Shown piece by piece: positions 36,418 to 45,094 of a stretch of 64,000 bases of DNA. The position numbers and the translations under genes were made by a program. Positions within the stretch are counted from its first letter, which is position 1; each line of letters starts with the position of its first letter. The stretch is from Corynebacterium sp. (GTDB taxonomy: Bacteria; Actinomycetota; Actinomycetes; Mycobacteriales; Mycobacteriaceae), in the NCBI RefSeq assembly GCF_030152825.1, contig NZ_JASLIP010000037.1:13814-77813 (forward strand), given 5' to 3'. The notes beneath the pieces are model-generated. The model saw only the letters and a program-made list of their open reading frames with translations. It had not been told where the DNA came from and did no database searches.

Positions 36418-38313
36418 ATGATTGCCGCTTTCGGCAGGATCCTGCGATCCACGAAGGAGCTCATGCCCTTCTACGTGATCGTGATGATCTCGAGCATCCT
36501 CACCGCCGGCCTGGCCCTGGCCGCGCCATTCTTGGTGAAAAACGCCACCGACACGATCGTGGCCTCGGTGCAGGGCGAGCTCTCCCGCGACACCGCGCTG
36601 CAGACCGTGATCTGGCTGGCAGTGGCCCTGCTCGGCGTGGAGCTGGCCAATAACCTGGTGCGCAACATCGGCGGCTGGTTCGGTGACGTGATGGCCACTC
36701 GGATGCGGCAGATCCTCTCCAACCGCTACTTCGCGAAGCTCCTCAGCCTGCCGCAGAGCTACTACGACAAGCAGGTCACGGGCACCATCATCTCGCGACT
36801 GGACCGCTCGATCCTGGGGCTCACCCAGTTCCTGCAGTCCTTCGCCAATAACTTCTTCTCCATGCTTCTCACGGTGGCGATGATCCTGGTCATCACCGCG
36901 ATCTACTACTGGCCACTGGCCCTGCTGCTGGCCGTGATCTTCCCGATGTACCTGTGGCTCACCGCGCTGACGAGCCGGAAGTGGATCGTCTGGGAGAAGG
37001 AGAAAAACGAGCACATCGATACAGCTCAGGGCCGGTTCGCCGAGGTCATCGGCCAGGTGAAGGTGGTCAAGTCCTTCGTCACGGAGCTGCTCGAGCTGCG
37101 CCTGTTCCAGAAGCACTTCGACGAAACCGTGCAGATTACCCGCGTGCAGTCCCGCTACTGGCACATGATGGATATCTTCCGCATGGGCGGAATGAACATC
37201 ATCTTCTTCGCCATCTACCTCACCCTGTTCTGGCAGACGATCAGCGGGCGCTTCACGATCGGCGATATGGTCCTGCTGCTGCAGCTGGTGGTCATGGCCC
37301 GCCAGCCGGCCAGCATGATGAGCTGGCTGGTGGACACCGCCCAGCGCGCCGCCGCGGGTTCCCGCGAGTACTTCGAGGCGATGGAGGAGCTGGAGGAGCC
37401 GACGACGGCCCCCGCCCTGCGGGACGCTTCCCGCCCGGGTGGCAGCATGCTCGTCGACCAGGAGACCGTGGATGCCGCGCTCGTCCCGCAGCTCTCCGCC
37501 CCGGAGTCCGGCCCGGTGTTCGAGTTCCGGGACGTGGACTTCGAATACCTGCCCGGCGAGCCTGTCATTCACGACGTAAGCTTCAGCGCGCAGCGAGGCC
37601 AGACGGTGGCGCTGGTCGGCGAGTCCGGCGGCGGGAAGTCCACCCTGGTGAACCTGCTGCTGGGCCTGTATCAGCCCACAGCCGGAACGCTCACTGTCTG
37701 CGGCAAGGACGTGTCGACGCTGACCAGCGCGGAGCTGCGTTCCTCGGTGGGCGTGGTCTTCCAGGAACCCGCGCTGTTCTCCGGCACGATCCGGGAGAAC
37801 ATCGCCTACGCCACCCCGGATGCCAGCCAGGCGGAGATCGAGGATGCGGCCAAGCGCGCGAATGCGCACGAGTTCATCATGGGCTTCACCGATGGCTACG
37901 ACACGATCATCGGCGAGCGAGGCCTGCGGCTGTCCGGTGGCCAGAAGCAGCGCATCGCGGTGGCCCGCGCGATGCTGAAGGACGCACCCGTGCTGGTGCT
38001 GGATGAGGCCACCTCCGCGCTGGATACGAAGGCGGAGCGCGTGGTCCAGGCGGGCCTGGAGCAGCTGATGGAGGGGCGCACCACGCTGGTGATCGCCCAC
38101 CGGCTATCGACGATCGCGAACGTGGACACCATCGTCACCCTGGATGAGGGGCGCGTCGACGAGGTCGGCTCCCCCGCGGAGCTGGCGACCTCCGGGGGTA
38201 TCTACTCCGAGCTGTTGAAGCTCACGGGATCGACCTCGGCGGCCGACCGCGAACGATTGAAGCGCTTCGGCTTCTGGGAGGGTGAGCCCGAGGAAGAGCC
38301 CGCGGAGGGCTAA
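36418..38313 (+). CDS. ABC exporter, fused permease/ATP-binding protein (MsbA/multidrug type)
   Basis: Six TMs, then Walker A GESGGGKST, LSGGQKQR and Walker B LVLDEATSALD. AAGGAG RBS. Confidence 0.9.
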   Translation: MIAAFGRILRSTKELMPFYVIVMISSILTAGLALAAPFLVKNATDTIVASVQGELSRDTALQTVIWLAVALLGVELANNLVRNIGGWFGDVMATRMRQILSNRYFAKLLSLPQSYYDKQVTGTIISRLDRSILGLTQFLQSFANNFFSMLLTVAMILVITAIYYWPLALLLAVIFPMYLWLTALTSRKWIVWEKEKNEHIDTAQGRFAEVIGQVKVVKSFVTELLELRLFQKHFDETVQITRVQSRYWHMMDIFRMGGMNIIFFAIYLTLFWQTISGRFTIGDMVLLLQLVVMARQPASMMSWLVDTAQRAAAGSREYFEAMEELEEPTTAPALRDASRPGGSMLVDQETVDAALVPQLSAPESGPVFEFRDVDFEYLPGEPVIHDVSFSAQRGQTVALVGESGGGKSTLVNLLLGLYQPTAGTLTVCGKDVSTLTSAELRSSVGVVFQEPALFSGTIRENIAYATPDASQAEIEDAAKRANAHEFIMGFTDGYDTIIGERGLRLSGGQKQRIAVARAMLKDAPVLVLDEATSALDTKAERVVQAGLEQLMEGRTTLVIAHRLSTIANVDTIVTLDEGRVDEVGSPAELATSGGIYSELLKLTGSTSAADRERLKRFGFWEGEPEEEPAEG

Positions 38314-38342
38314 GCACAGGGGCTCGCCCCGAGCTCAGGCGG

Positions 38343-38373
38343 CTGGGCAACAAGAGGCGACTGGGCAACAAGA
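38343..38373. repeat. Direct repeat CTGGGCAACAAGA x2 (18-nt period)
   Basis: Read directly, in the intergenic region after the ABC exporter. Confidence 0.6.
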
Positions 38374-38375
38374 AA

Positions 38376-38412
38376 GGCCCCCACCGGAAAACCGGTTGGG
38401 AGCCTCAAAAAT
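38376..38412. terminator. Bidirectional intrinsic terminator between the ABC exporter and csbD
   Basis: CCCCCACCGG-AAAA-CCGGTTGGG hairpin. T-rich tracts on both strands (TTTCTTGTT on minus, AAAAATTTT region on plus). Confidence 0.5.
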
Positions 38413-38467
38413 TTTCAGCTCAAGCTCTGGGGCTCAGGCCCCAAGGGCTTAAACGAGGGAAAATTCT

Positions 38468-38641
38468 TTACTTGTCGGTGGCGTTGTTGAAGGCCTCAGC
38501 AGCCTTGTCCTTGACCTCGTTAGCCTTGTCCTGCAGGTCGGACTTAGCCTGGTCGATCTTGCCCTCAGCCTTGGTGGACTCGTCGCCCGTTGCGTCGCCG
38601 AAAGCTTCCTTTGCCTTGCCCTTGATGTCGTCGATAGACAT
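38468..38641 (-). CDS. CsbD family stress protein
   Basis: IKGKAKEAFGDATGDESTKAEGKIDQAKSDLQDKA. ATG 38641 preceded by AGGAGG. Confidence 0.8.
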   Translation of the reverse strand: MSIDDIKGKAKEAFGDATGDESTKAEGKIDQAKSDLQDKANEVKDKAAEAFNNATDK

Positions 38642-38719
38642 GTAGTTCCTCCTAGAAGTAGGAATTTTCCTGTGCCCCATCCACGGTACAGAAAAACCGC
38701 GAGCGGGGCAGAAAAATTT

Positions 38720-39571
38720 TTAGTACTCGTAGAAACCCTTGCCGGACTTGCGGCCGAAGTGGCCGGCCTGCACCATGCGGCGCAGCAGCGGCGGGCAGGA
38801 GTACGTCGGGTCGCCGAACTCCTCGAACATCACGTCCGCGATGAACGCGCAGGTGTCGAGGCCAACCATGTCGGCCAGGGTGAGCGGGCCCATCGGGTGC
38901 GCGGCGCCCAACTTCATGCCGGTGTCGATGTCTTCTGCGGTGGCCACGCCCTGCTCCACCATGCGGATCGCGGAGAGCATGTACGGCACCAGCAGGAAGT
39001 TTACGATGAAGCCGGAACGGTCCTTCGCACGGATAGCAGTCTTACCCATCTTCTCGGTCGCGAAGGTCTGCGCCTTCTCCACTGCCTCCTCAGAGGTGGT
39101 CAGCGCCGGGATGACCTCCACGAGAGGCAGAACCGGAACCGGATTGAAGAAGTGCAGGCCGAGCACGCGCTCCGGGTTCTTCGTCGCCGAGGCGATGGTC
39201 TGGATCGGCAGCGACGAGGTGTTGGAGCACAGCGGGGCGCTCTTGTCCTCGACGATCTCGTCAAGCTGTGCGAAGACGTCCTTCTTGATCTTCTCGTTCT
39301 CGACGATGGCCTCCATGACCATCTCGCGGTCTGCGAAGTCCTCCAGGTTGGTGGTGTAGCCCAGACGGGACAGGGTAGCGTCCCGGTCCTCTGCGGAGAG
39401 CTTCCCGCGCTCCACGGCCTTAGCCAGGGACTTCTCGATTCGCGCCTGGCCGGCGTCCACGGCCTCCTGCTTCAGTTCCCACACGAGGACGTCCGCGCCG
39501 GACTTCGCAGCAACCTCTGCGATTCCGGATCCCATGAGACCTGCTCCGACGATGCCTACTCGCTGCACCAT
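38720..39571 (-). CDS. 3-hydroxybutyryl-CoA / 3-hydroxyacyl-CoA dehydrogenase
   Basis: VGIVGAGLMGSGIA Rossmann motif, HFFNPVPVLPLVEV and GFIVNFLL. Start at ATG 39571. Confidence 0.9.
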   Translation of the reverse strand: MVQRVGIVGAGLMGSGIAEVAAKSGADVLVWELKQEAVDAGQARIEKSLAKAVERGKLSAEDRDATLSRLGYTTNLEDFADREMVMEAIVENEKIKKDVFAQLDEIVEDKSAPLCSNTSSLPIQTIASATKNPERVLGLHFFNPVPVLPLVEVIPALTTSEEAVEKAQTFATEKMGKTAIRAKDRSGFIVNFLLVPYMLSAIRMVEQGVATAEDIDTGMKLGAAHPMGPLTLADMVGLDTCAFIADVMFEEFGDPTYSCPPLLRRMVQAGHFGRKSGKGFYEY

Positions 39572-39710
39572 GTGAAACCTCCGTTTTGTCGGTAGATAGT
39601 TATATTTTCCAGCATAGTGACGCAGACGACATTTCGCCGTCATTTTCCCCTCTCCGCTGCCACTCCCCTCGCCACTTTTCGCACGGTCTGCCGACACGGG
39701 CGTTGATAGG

Positions 39711-42311
39711 ATGATCGGCGTGAACATCGACGGCCAGGAAGTCACAGTTCAACGCATCGATTCGCTCATCGACGGGCTGGTCGACGTGCGTTACCACTGG
39801 GAGGCCACCACGCAGCGGGTCAGCTGGCTCCGCGAGGGTGGACCCGCCCCAACGCTGTGCTCCGAGGACTCCGCCCGCCTGTTCGGGCTTGGGCAGAATC
39901 TCAGCACGGCCGCTTTCTTGCGCAGCATCGAACCAGGCCAGGCCCCGAGCATTCCCTGGAACGAGGTCAACTCCTCGCTGCAGACCGTGGGAGAGATCCC
40001 CACCCGCGACGGGCTCGAGGAGCAGCGCCCGGAGCTCAAGAAGCTCGCCGAGTACCGGGGCCTGCGCCGCCTATTCCGCTCCCGCCCACAGGCCCAGATC
40101 GACACCTACCGCAGGTACACCGCCATCGACGGGGCCACGGTTCACTCCATCCTGACCGGTGTGGACGCCGCCCTGGGTTCCACGGACCGCGGTCAGTTCC
40201 TGGGGATCGATCTGGCGGCGATGCGCCCGGCGATCACCGCCGAGCTGGAGCGCCTCACGGGCTGGGAGGTGCACTGGCACCAGCCCGCGGAGCTCGATGT
40301 CCATCGGCAAGCGCTCGCCCGGCTGGCCGAGGTCGAAGCCACCGAGAAGTCGCTGCTCGCGGAGGTCGAGAGCCAGCAGCGTTCTCTGAAGAGCACGCTG
40401 GCGGACGCGGAGCTGAGGCAGACCGACATCCAGATCCTCGACCAGCTCACGCCGTCGACCTCCCTGCGCCTAGGCCCGCTGCAGCACCTGAACCTGCTGG
40501 ATATCGAGGCCGCCACCGTCAGCGATCTCACCCGCTATGACGGTGTGGGGGAACAGACCGCCCGGCAGGCGATCGCCGCGGCGAAGCGCTACGCGGCAGA
40601 GATGCGCGCGGACCAGCCCGCGGTCATCGACTACCGGGATAAGGGCCCATCCACGGGCTACGTCCGCGCGCTGGCGGATCTCCTCCAGTTCCGCGAACAG
40701 CAACGCGAAGCGCAGCTCGAAGGCCCATTCCTGGCACTGCCGGAAGGCTTCGATGCCTACGCACAGGGCGTCAGCGAATTCGCGCTGGCCCGGCCGGCCG
40801 ATGGTCCGCGCCTGATCACGCAGGCAGAGCTCGCGAAGATCCCCACCCGCGGCGCCCCGCTGTCCACGGAGCAGGCGTGGCACCTCTACGCCATCCGCGC
40901 GGCGGAGTTCCATGCCTTCGGCGACGACAAGTCCGCCACCGCCGTGCCGGAGGACATCGCCAAGTCCATCGAGGAGATCACCCTCCGTGGCGTGCTGCAC
41001 GCGAGCCTGCGCGGTTACCAGGACTTCGGGGCGAGGTACGCGCTTGCCCAGCGCAAGGTCCTGATCGGCGATGAGATGGGCCTGGGCAAAACCATGCAGG
41101 CCCTGGCGGTGTTCGCCCACCTCGCTGCCCGCGGCGAGAAGCACTTTCTGGTGGTCTGCCCGCCCAGCCTGCGCATCAACTGGGAGCGCGAGATCAAAAA
41201 GTTCACGGATCTTGAGCCCCACATCATCGCCGGCCCGTACAAGGACGCCGCCTACGAGGCCTTCAGCAACCGGGGCGGGGTGGCCATCGTGGGCTTCCCC
41301 GAGGTGCGCGGGGACTCGACGGTCATGACCGGCGATCTTAACTACGGCGCGCTCGTCGTCGACGAAGCCCACCGCGCCAAGAACCCCAAGTCCAAGCAGG
41401 CCCAGGGCGTACAGCAACTCACCGCACGGACGGACGTCGTCACCTATCTTTCCGGCACCCCGCTGGAAAACCGGGTGGCCGAGATGGAGACGCTGCTGGG
41501 CTACCTCGACCCCGAGCTAGGGCCCAAGCTCGAGAAGGCACGCAGGAGCGCGCGTGAGTTCCGCACCGTCGTCGCGCGCCGCTACCTGCGCCGCAACCAG
41601 AGCGACGTCCTCGCCGAGCTGCCACCGCTGACCGAGACGGAGGAATGGATCGAGGCCGTCGAGTCGGATCGTGAGAGGTACAACGAGGCCGTCGAGGTGG
41701 GCAACTTCATGCAGATGCGGCAGAGCTTCAGCGGGCCGGGGTCCGCGAAGATGGAGCGCTTCGCCGAGCTGCTCACCGATGGCCTGGATGACGATAAGAC
41801 GATCGTGTTCACGTACTTCCGCGGCGTGCTCGATCACCTCATGGACAGCCTCGGCGACCGGGCATTCGGCCCGATCGCGGGCGGGGTGAGCCACCAGGAA
41901 CGCCAGCAGGCGGTGGATGACTTCACCGCAGCCGAGCCTGGCGCGGTGCTCGTCGCGCAGATCAACGCTGCCGGCGAGGGGCTGAATATCCAGGCGGCGA
42001 ACCACGTGGTGCTCATCGAGCCACAGCTCAACCCGGCGGTCGAGGCGCAAGCCATCGCGCGCGCCCACCGGATGGGCCAAATCAACCCGGTGGAGGTGCA
42101 CCGGCTGCTCACCCCAGACTCCGTGGAGGAGCGACTGCACCTGCTGCTGGCAACCAAGCGGGAGCTCTTCGATTCCTATGCCCGCGACTCGGTGGCGGCG
42201 CAACAGAACCCGGAGGCCATGGACATTACGGACCAGCAGGTCATGAGCGAGGTGCTCGCCGCCGAGAAGGAGCGGATCAAGGAGCTTCGGGGCGAGACCC
42301 CGACGCTTTAG
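39711..42311 (+). CDS. SNF2 family helicase with long uncharacterised N-terminal region
   Basis: LRGYQ, GDEMGLGKT, DEAH (VVDEAHRAKN) and helicase-C QAIARAHRMGQ. N-terminal region of about 430 aa with one HhH-like segment (YDGVGEQTARQAIAAAK). Confidence 0.85.
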   Translation: MIGVNIDGQEVTVQRIDSLIDGLVDVRYHWEATTQRVSWLREGGPAPTLCSEDSARLFGLGQNLSTAAFLRSIEPGQAPSIPWNEVNSSLQTVGEIPTRDGLEEQRPELKKLAEYRGLRRLFRSRPQAQIDTYRRYTAIDGATVHSILTGVDAALGSTDRGQFLGIDLAAMRPAITAELERLTGWEVHWHQPAELDVHRQALARLAEVEATEKSLLAEVESQQRSLKSTLADAELRQTDIQILDQLTPSTSLRLGPLQHLNLLDIEAATVSDLTRYDGVGEQTARQAIAAAKRYAAEMRADQPAVIDYRDKGPSTGYVRALADLLQFREQQREAQLEGPFLALPEGFDAYAQGVSEFALARPADGPRLITQAELAKIPTRGAPLSTEQAWHLYAIRAAEFHAFGDDKSATAVPEDIAKSIEEITLRGVLHASLRGYQDFGARYALAQRKVLIGDEMGLGKTMQALAVFAHLAARGEKHFLVVCPPSLRINWEREIKKFTDLEPHIIAGPYKDAAYEAFSNRGGVAIVGFPEVRGDSTVMTGDLNYGALVVDEAHRAKNPKSKQAQGVQQLTARTDVVTYLSGTPLENRVAEMETLLGYLDPELGPKLEKARRSAREFRTVVARRYLRRNQSDVLAELPPLTETEEWIEAVESDRERYNEAVEVGNFMQMRQSFSGPGSAKMERFAELLTDGLDDDKTIVFTYFRGVLDHLMDSLGDRAFGPIAGGVSHQERQQAVDDFTAAEPGAVLVAQINAAGEGLNIQAANHVVLIEPQLNPAVEAQAIARAHRMGQINPVEVHRLLTPDSVEERLHLLLATKRELFDSYARDSVAAQQNPEAMDITDQQVMSEVLAAEKERIKELRGETPTL

Positions 42312-42398
42312 GTTGTTCCCAGGCGTTCTGGGCCACTCTCGCCTTCTCAAGCTTGCCCAGGGGGCGCGCCGCAACGGCTCGCGGGCAGGCGCTGGATA

Positions 42399-43328
42399 CT
42401 AGCCCAGCTGGTTCAGCAGGTCGTCGGCGCGGTTGCGCAGGTCCTGCTCGAGCTGGCTTGTGTCGGGCAGCTCGATGCCGCCGGTGCCGTTGCCCGGGTT
42501 ATTGCCCTCCGGCGCGGGGTTGGTGTCCCCGCCCGGCTGGCCACCCGGACCCTGGTTATCGCGACCGCCGAGGCGGTTGCGCAGGTCATCCAGGTTGGGG
42601 CCGCGGCTGGGCTCCGTCGACGGCTCCGAATCCTCAGTGGTGGGCTCGGTGGTGACGGTGGTGGTGGCGGTCGTGGAGCTCGAGGACTTCTCATCCGCGG
42701 ACTCGTCGGAGCGGTTATTCCACCACATGAACCCGCCGATCAGCAGAGCGATGACCAGTAGGATTCCCAGGATGGGTCCCACTGGGGTGCGCCGCTTGCC
42801 CTGACCATTCCGCCCAGGGGCGCCGCCGCTGAACTGGGGATTGCCGTGCTGCTGCGGCTGGCGCGGCGGATAGCCATTCGGCGGCTGCCGATAGCCCTGC
42901 TGTGGGCCTGGTCCTTGCGGCCCCGGGTAGCCGGAAGCATAGCCCGGTGGCGGGCCCTGCTGATACTGGGGTGGCCCCTGCTGGTACTGGGGCTGATCGT
43001 GACGGTACTGGGGAGGCTGCCCGTTCTGATTATCCGGCTGCCCGGCAGCGCGGTGCGGCGGGTACTGCGCAGCCTCGTGGTCGGGGTAGTCACCGATCCC
43101 ATCCGGGAGGTACTGGGTGTCGAACTGATCGGCGGCAGCGTGATCTGCCCCGTGATCCGGCCCCTGCTCCGGGCGAATGATGCGTGTCGCATCGTCGTCT
43201 CCGTCGAAACCCCCGTCGGCCTGGTCAAAGCCCTCGTCGTTCACGCCGGGGAAGAACGAGGTCTCGGCGTCGTCGTCCTCGTAGTTCCAGTTCGGACGGC
43301 CGCTTCCGTTGTCGCGGTGGTTGGTCAC
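42399..43328 (-). CDS. Pro/Gln/Tyr-rich single-pass membrane protein (hypothetical)
   Basis: GTG start after GAAGGAGG. Repeats PQYQQGPP, one TM (ILGILLVIALLIGGFMWW) and a Ser/Thr/Gly-rich C-terminal ectodomain. Confidence 0.6.
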   Translation of the reverse strand: MTNHRDNGSGRPNWNYEDDDAETSFFPGVNDEGFDQADGGFDGDDDATRIIRPEQGPDHGADHAAADQFDTQYLPDGIGDYPDHEAAQYPPHRAAGQPDNQNGQPPQYRHDQPQYQQGPPQYQQGPPPGYASGYPGPQGPGPQQGYRQPPNGYPPRQPQQHGNPQFSGGAPGRNGQGKRRTPVGPILGILLVIALLIGGFMWWNNRSDESADEKSSSSTTATTTVTTEPTTEDSEPSTEPSRGPNLDDLRNRLGGRDNQGPGGQPGGDTNPAPEGNNPGNGTGGIELPDTSQLEQDLRNRADDLLNQLG

Positions 43329-43393
43329 AGTTTGTGTCCTCCTTCAGGGTAAGAACCCTTATCTTGAGGAACCAGTCTAGGTGACTTAAACGA

Positions 43394-44164
43394 CTACCAG
43401 GAGTGTGGGCGGGCGGACTTCACATCTTCCGTCTGCTTAGCAGGTCCGCCCCAGGTGAAGGCGGCAGCGGTGTAGTTGGCGCCGTAGCTGGCGGAGCTCA
43501 CCGCCGTCTGGCCGTAGTCGGACCAGCCCCACTTGGTACCTTCGGCGCCCGGCAGCTGCGCGGTGCCCCAGTTCTGGCGGGTGCCGTCGCTGGCCACGGG
43601 AGCCGCCGTGCCCATCCAGAACAGCACCGGGGAGTTGGGGGTATGCTTGCGCAGGTTATCGAGGAAAACTGCGGCATCCGTCGCGCTCGTCAGCGAGGTG
43701 CCCCACTTATCCCCCGCCACGGTGCTCCACAGGCCATAGCGCTGGGCGGTCTTGGTGATCGCCTCCGGGTACTTCTTATAGAGCTGGTTGGCGGCGTCAT
43801 CGTCGGAGATGCGCAGCATCTTCTGGGTGAGGTACCAATCGCGGCCGGACTTATCCCCGGACTTCAGGACGTAGTCCGCGATGTACATCTTCATCACGGA
43901 CAGCCCGGGGCGCGGTTCGTCGGCGTTGCCGGTCTTCGCGATCCCCTTCGGGGTGACGACGGACATCGTGGTCTCGGCAGGCACGTTGGTGATGTACTTG
44001 CCCAGGTCTTCGGACGTCGCGGGCCACGCTGCGAGCGCTTCCTGCTTCGCCGCGTTCGTTGCACCAACCGGTCCCGCGACGGCCGAGGCAGTGAGGCCCG
44101 CACCGAGGAGTACGGCAGCGAGCGAGCGTGCCGGTGTCGCGGAAGTGCGGATATTGAACTTCAC
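43394..44164 (-). CDS. Secreted serine hydrolase, class A beta-lactamase-like fold
   Basis: Signal peptide. SVMK (SxxK), SDD (SDN-like) and KWG (KTG-like) in the expected order and spacing. Confidence 0.5.
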   Translation of the reverse strand: MKFNIRTSATPARSLAAVLLGAGLTASAVAGPVGATNAAKQEALAAWPATSEDLGKYITNVPAETTMSVVTPKGIAKTGNADEPRPGLSVMKMYIADYVLKSGDKSGRDWYLTQKMLRISDDDAANQLYKKYPEAITKTAQRYGLWSTVAGDKWGTSLTSATDAAVFLDNLRKHTPNSPVLFWMGTAAPVASDGTRQNWGTAQLPGAEGTKWGWSDYGQTAVSSASYGANYTAAAFTWGGPAKQTEDVKSARPHSW

Positions 44165-44319
44165 TGTCTTCCCACCTTTTAAAGCGTCCAGGGGTGCCCG
44201 AAGCAGGAGAAATGCAGCTTAGGCCACGAGGTTTTCGGATTAACCCTACCTTAGAGACCTCTCAGAGCAACGCAGCTCAGCCAATTTTTTTCAGCACAGG
44301 GCCTTGGAATTCTCGGTGC

Positions 44320-44957
44320 TTAGGCCCGCCCGGAGGCCATGAGGGTCTCCATGAGCTCTTCCTTGACCACCGGCTTGAACCCCCAGGGATCGACGCCAAC
44401 GTCTACCTGGCCGACACCGGTGATGGGGTCGGCGAGTGGAGGTGACCGTGCAGCATCCAGGGCACATCCAGGCGCAGCTCGTCGTGGCGGGAACCACCTG
44501 GGATGTGGTCCTGGCCGGGGCGCGGGAAGTGGTTGAGCCACACAGTGTGCCCCTCCCAGAGGAGGTTTTGCATCGATTGCACGGAGCCGAAGACTTCCAG
44601 GAAGCGGGGCTGGCGCAGGTAGGCGTGCGTGTGCAGCGGGTGGGTTGAGTCGTGGTTGCCGCTCACCAGGTGTAGGTAGACCCGCGGCATATCTTCCGCA
44701 CGCAGCGCCACCTGGATCTTGTCGAGCGCCGCCTCTTCTTGTGGCCCCCAGCCGCTGGAGATATCTCCGAGGATCCACAGGTGGTCCCCCTCCTGCAGGG
44801 ACTCGCGGAGGTTGCTTAGCAGCGTGTCGTCGTGACGGGCCACCCCGGCCTCGTCCTCGCCGAAACCCCTAATGCCGGACACCAAGGGGTGCCCAAGATG
44901 CAGATCGCTCGTGAACCAGGTTGTGGACCCTTCTCCGCTGGCCAACATCGCGCACAC
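44320..44957 (-). pseudogene. Metallophosphoesterase interrupted by a 1-nt frameshift near the 3' end
   Basis: Frame A (44403..44957) carries DLHLGH, GDIS, GNHD and HGHLH. The family's C-terminal VDVGVDPWGFKPV...EEL segment continues in another frame (ORF 44320..44778). The switch lies at about 44430-44433. Confidence 0.6.
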
Positions 44958-45094
44958 CTCCCTTAATCCTCACGAACATCGCGCCCATCTCATCGATAAC
45001 GCGCTCTGTTCAACACTTTCATCCCAACTTAGCCATGCTCAGCAAAAACCGCCCCATTTCATACTTTGGGAACCTGATCCCATATAGTGGTTTT

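Noticed and set aside
42850-43060. Periodic nucleotide repeats that could be mistaken for a repeat array.
   Set aside because: They are in-frame coding repeats (PQYQQGPP) of the Pro/Gln-rich membrane protein, with no spacer structure.
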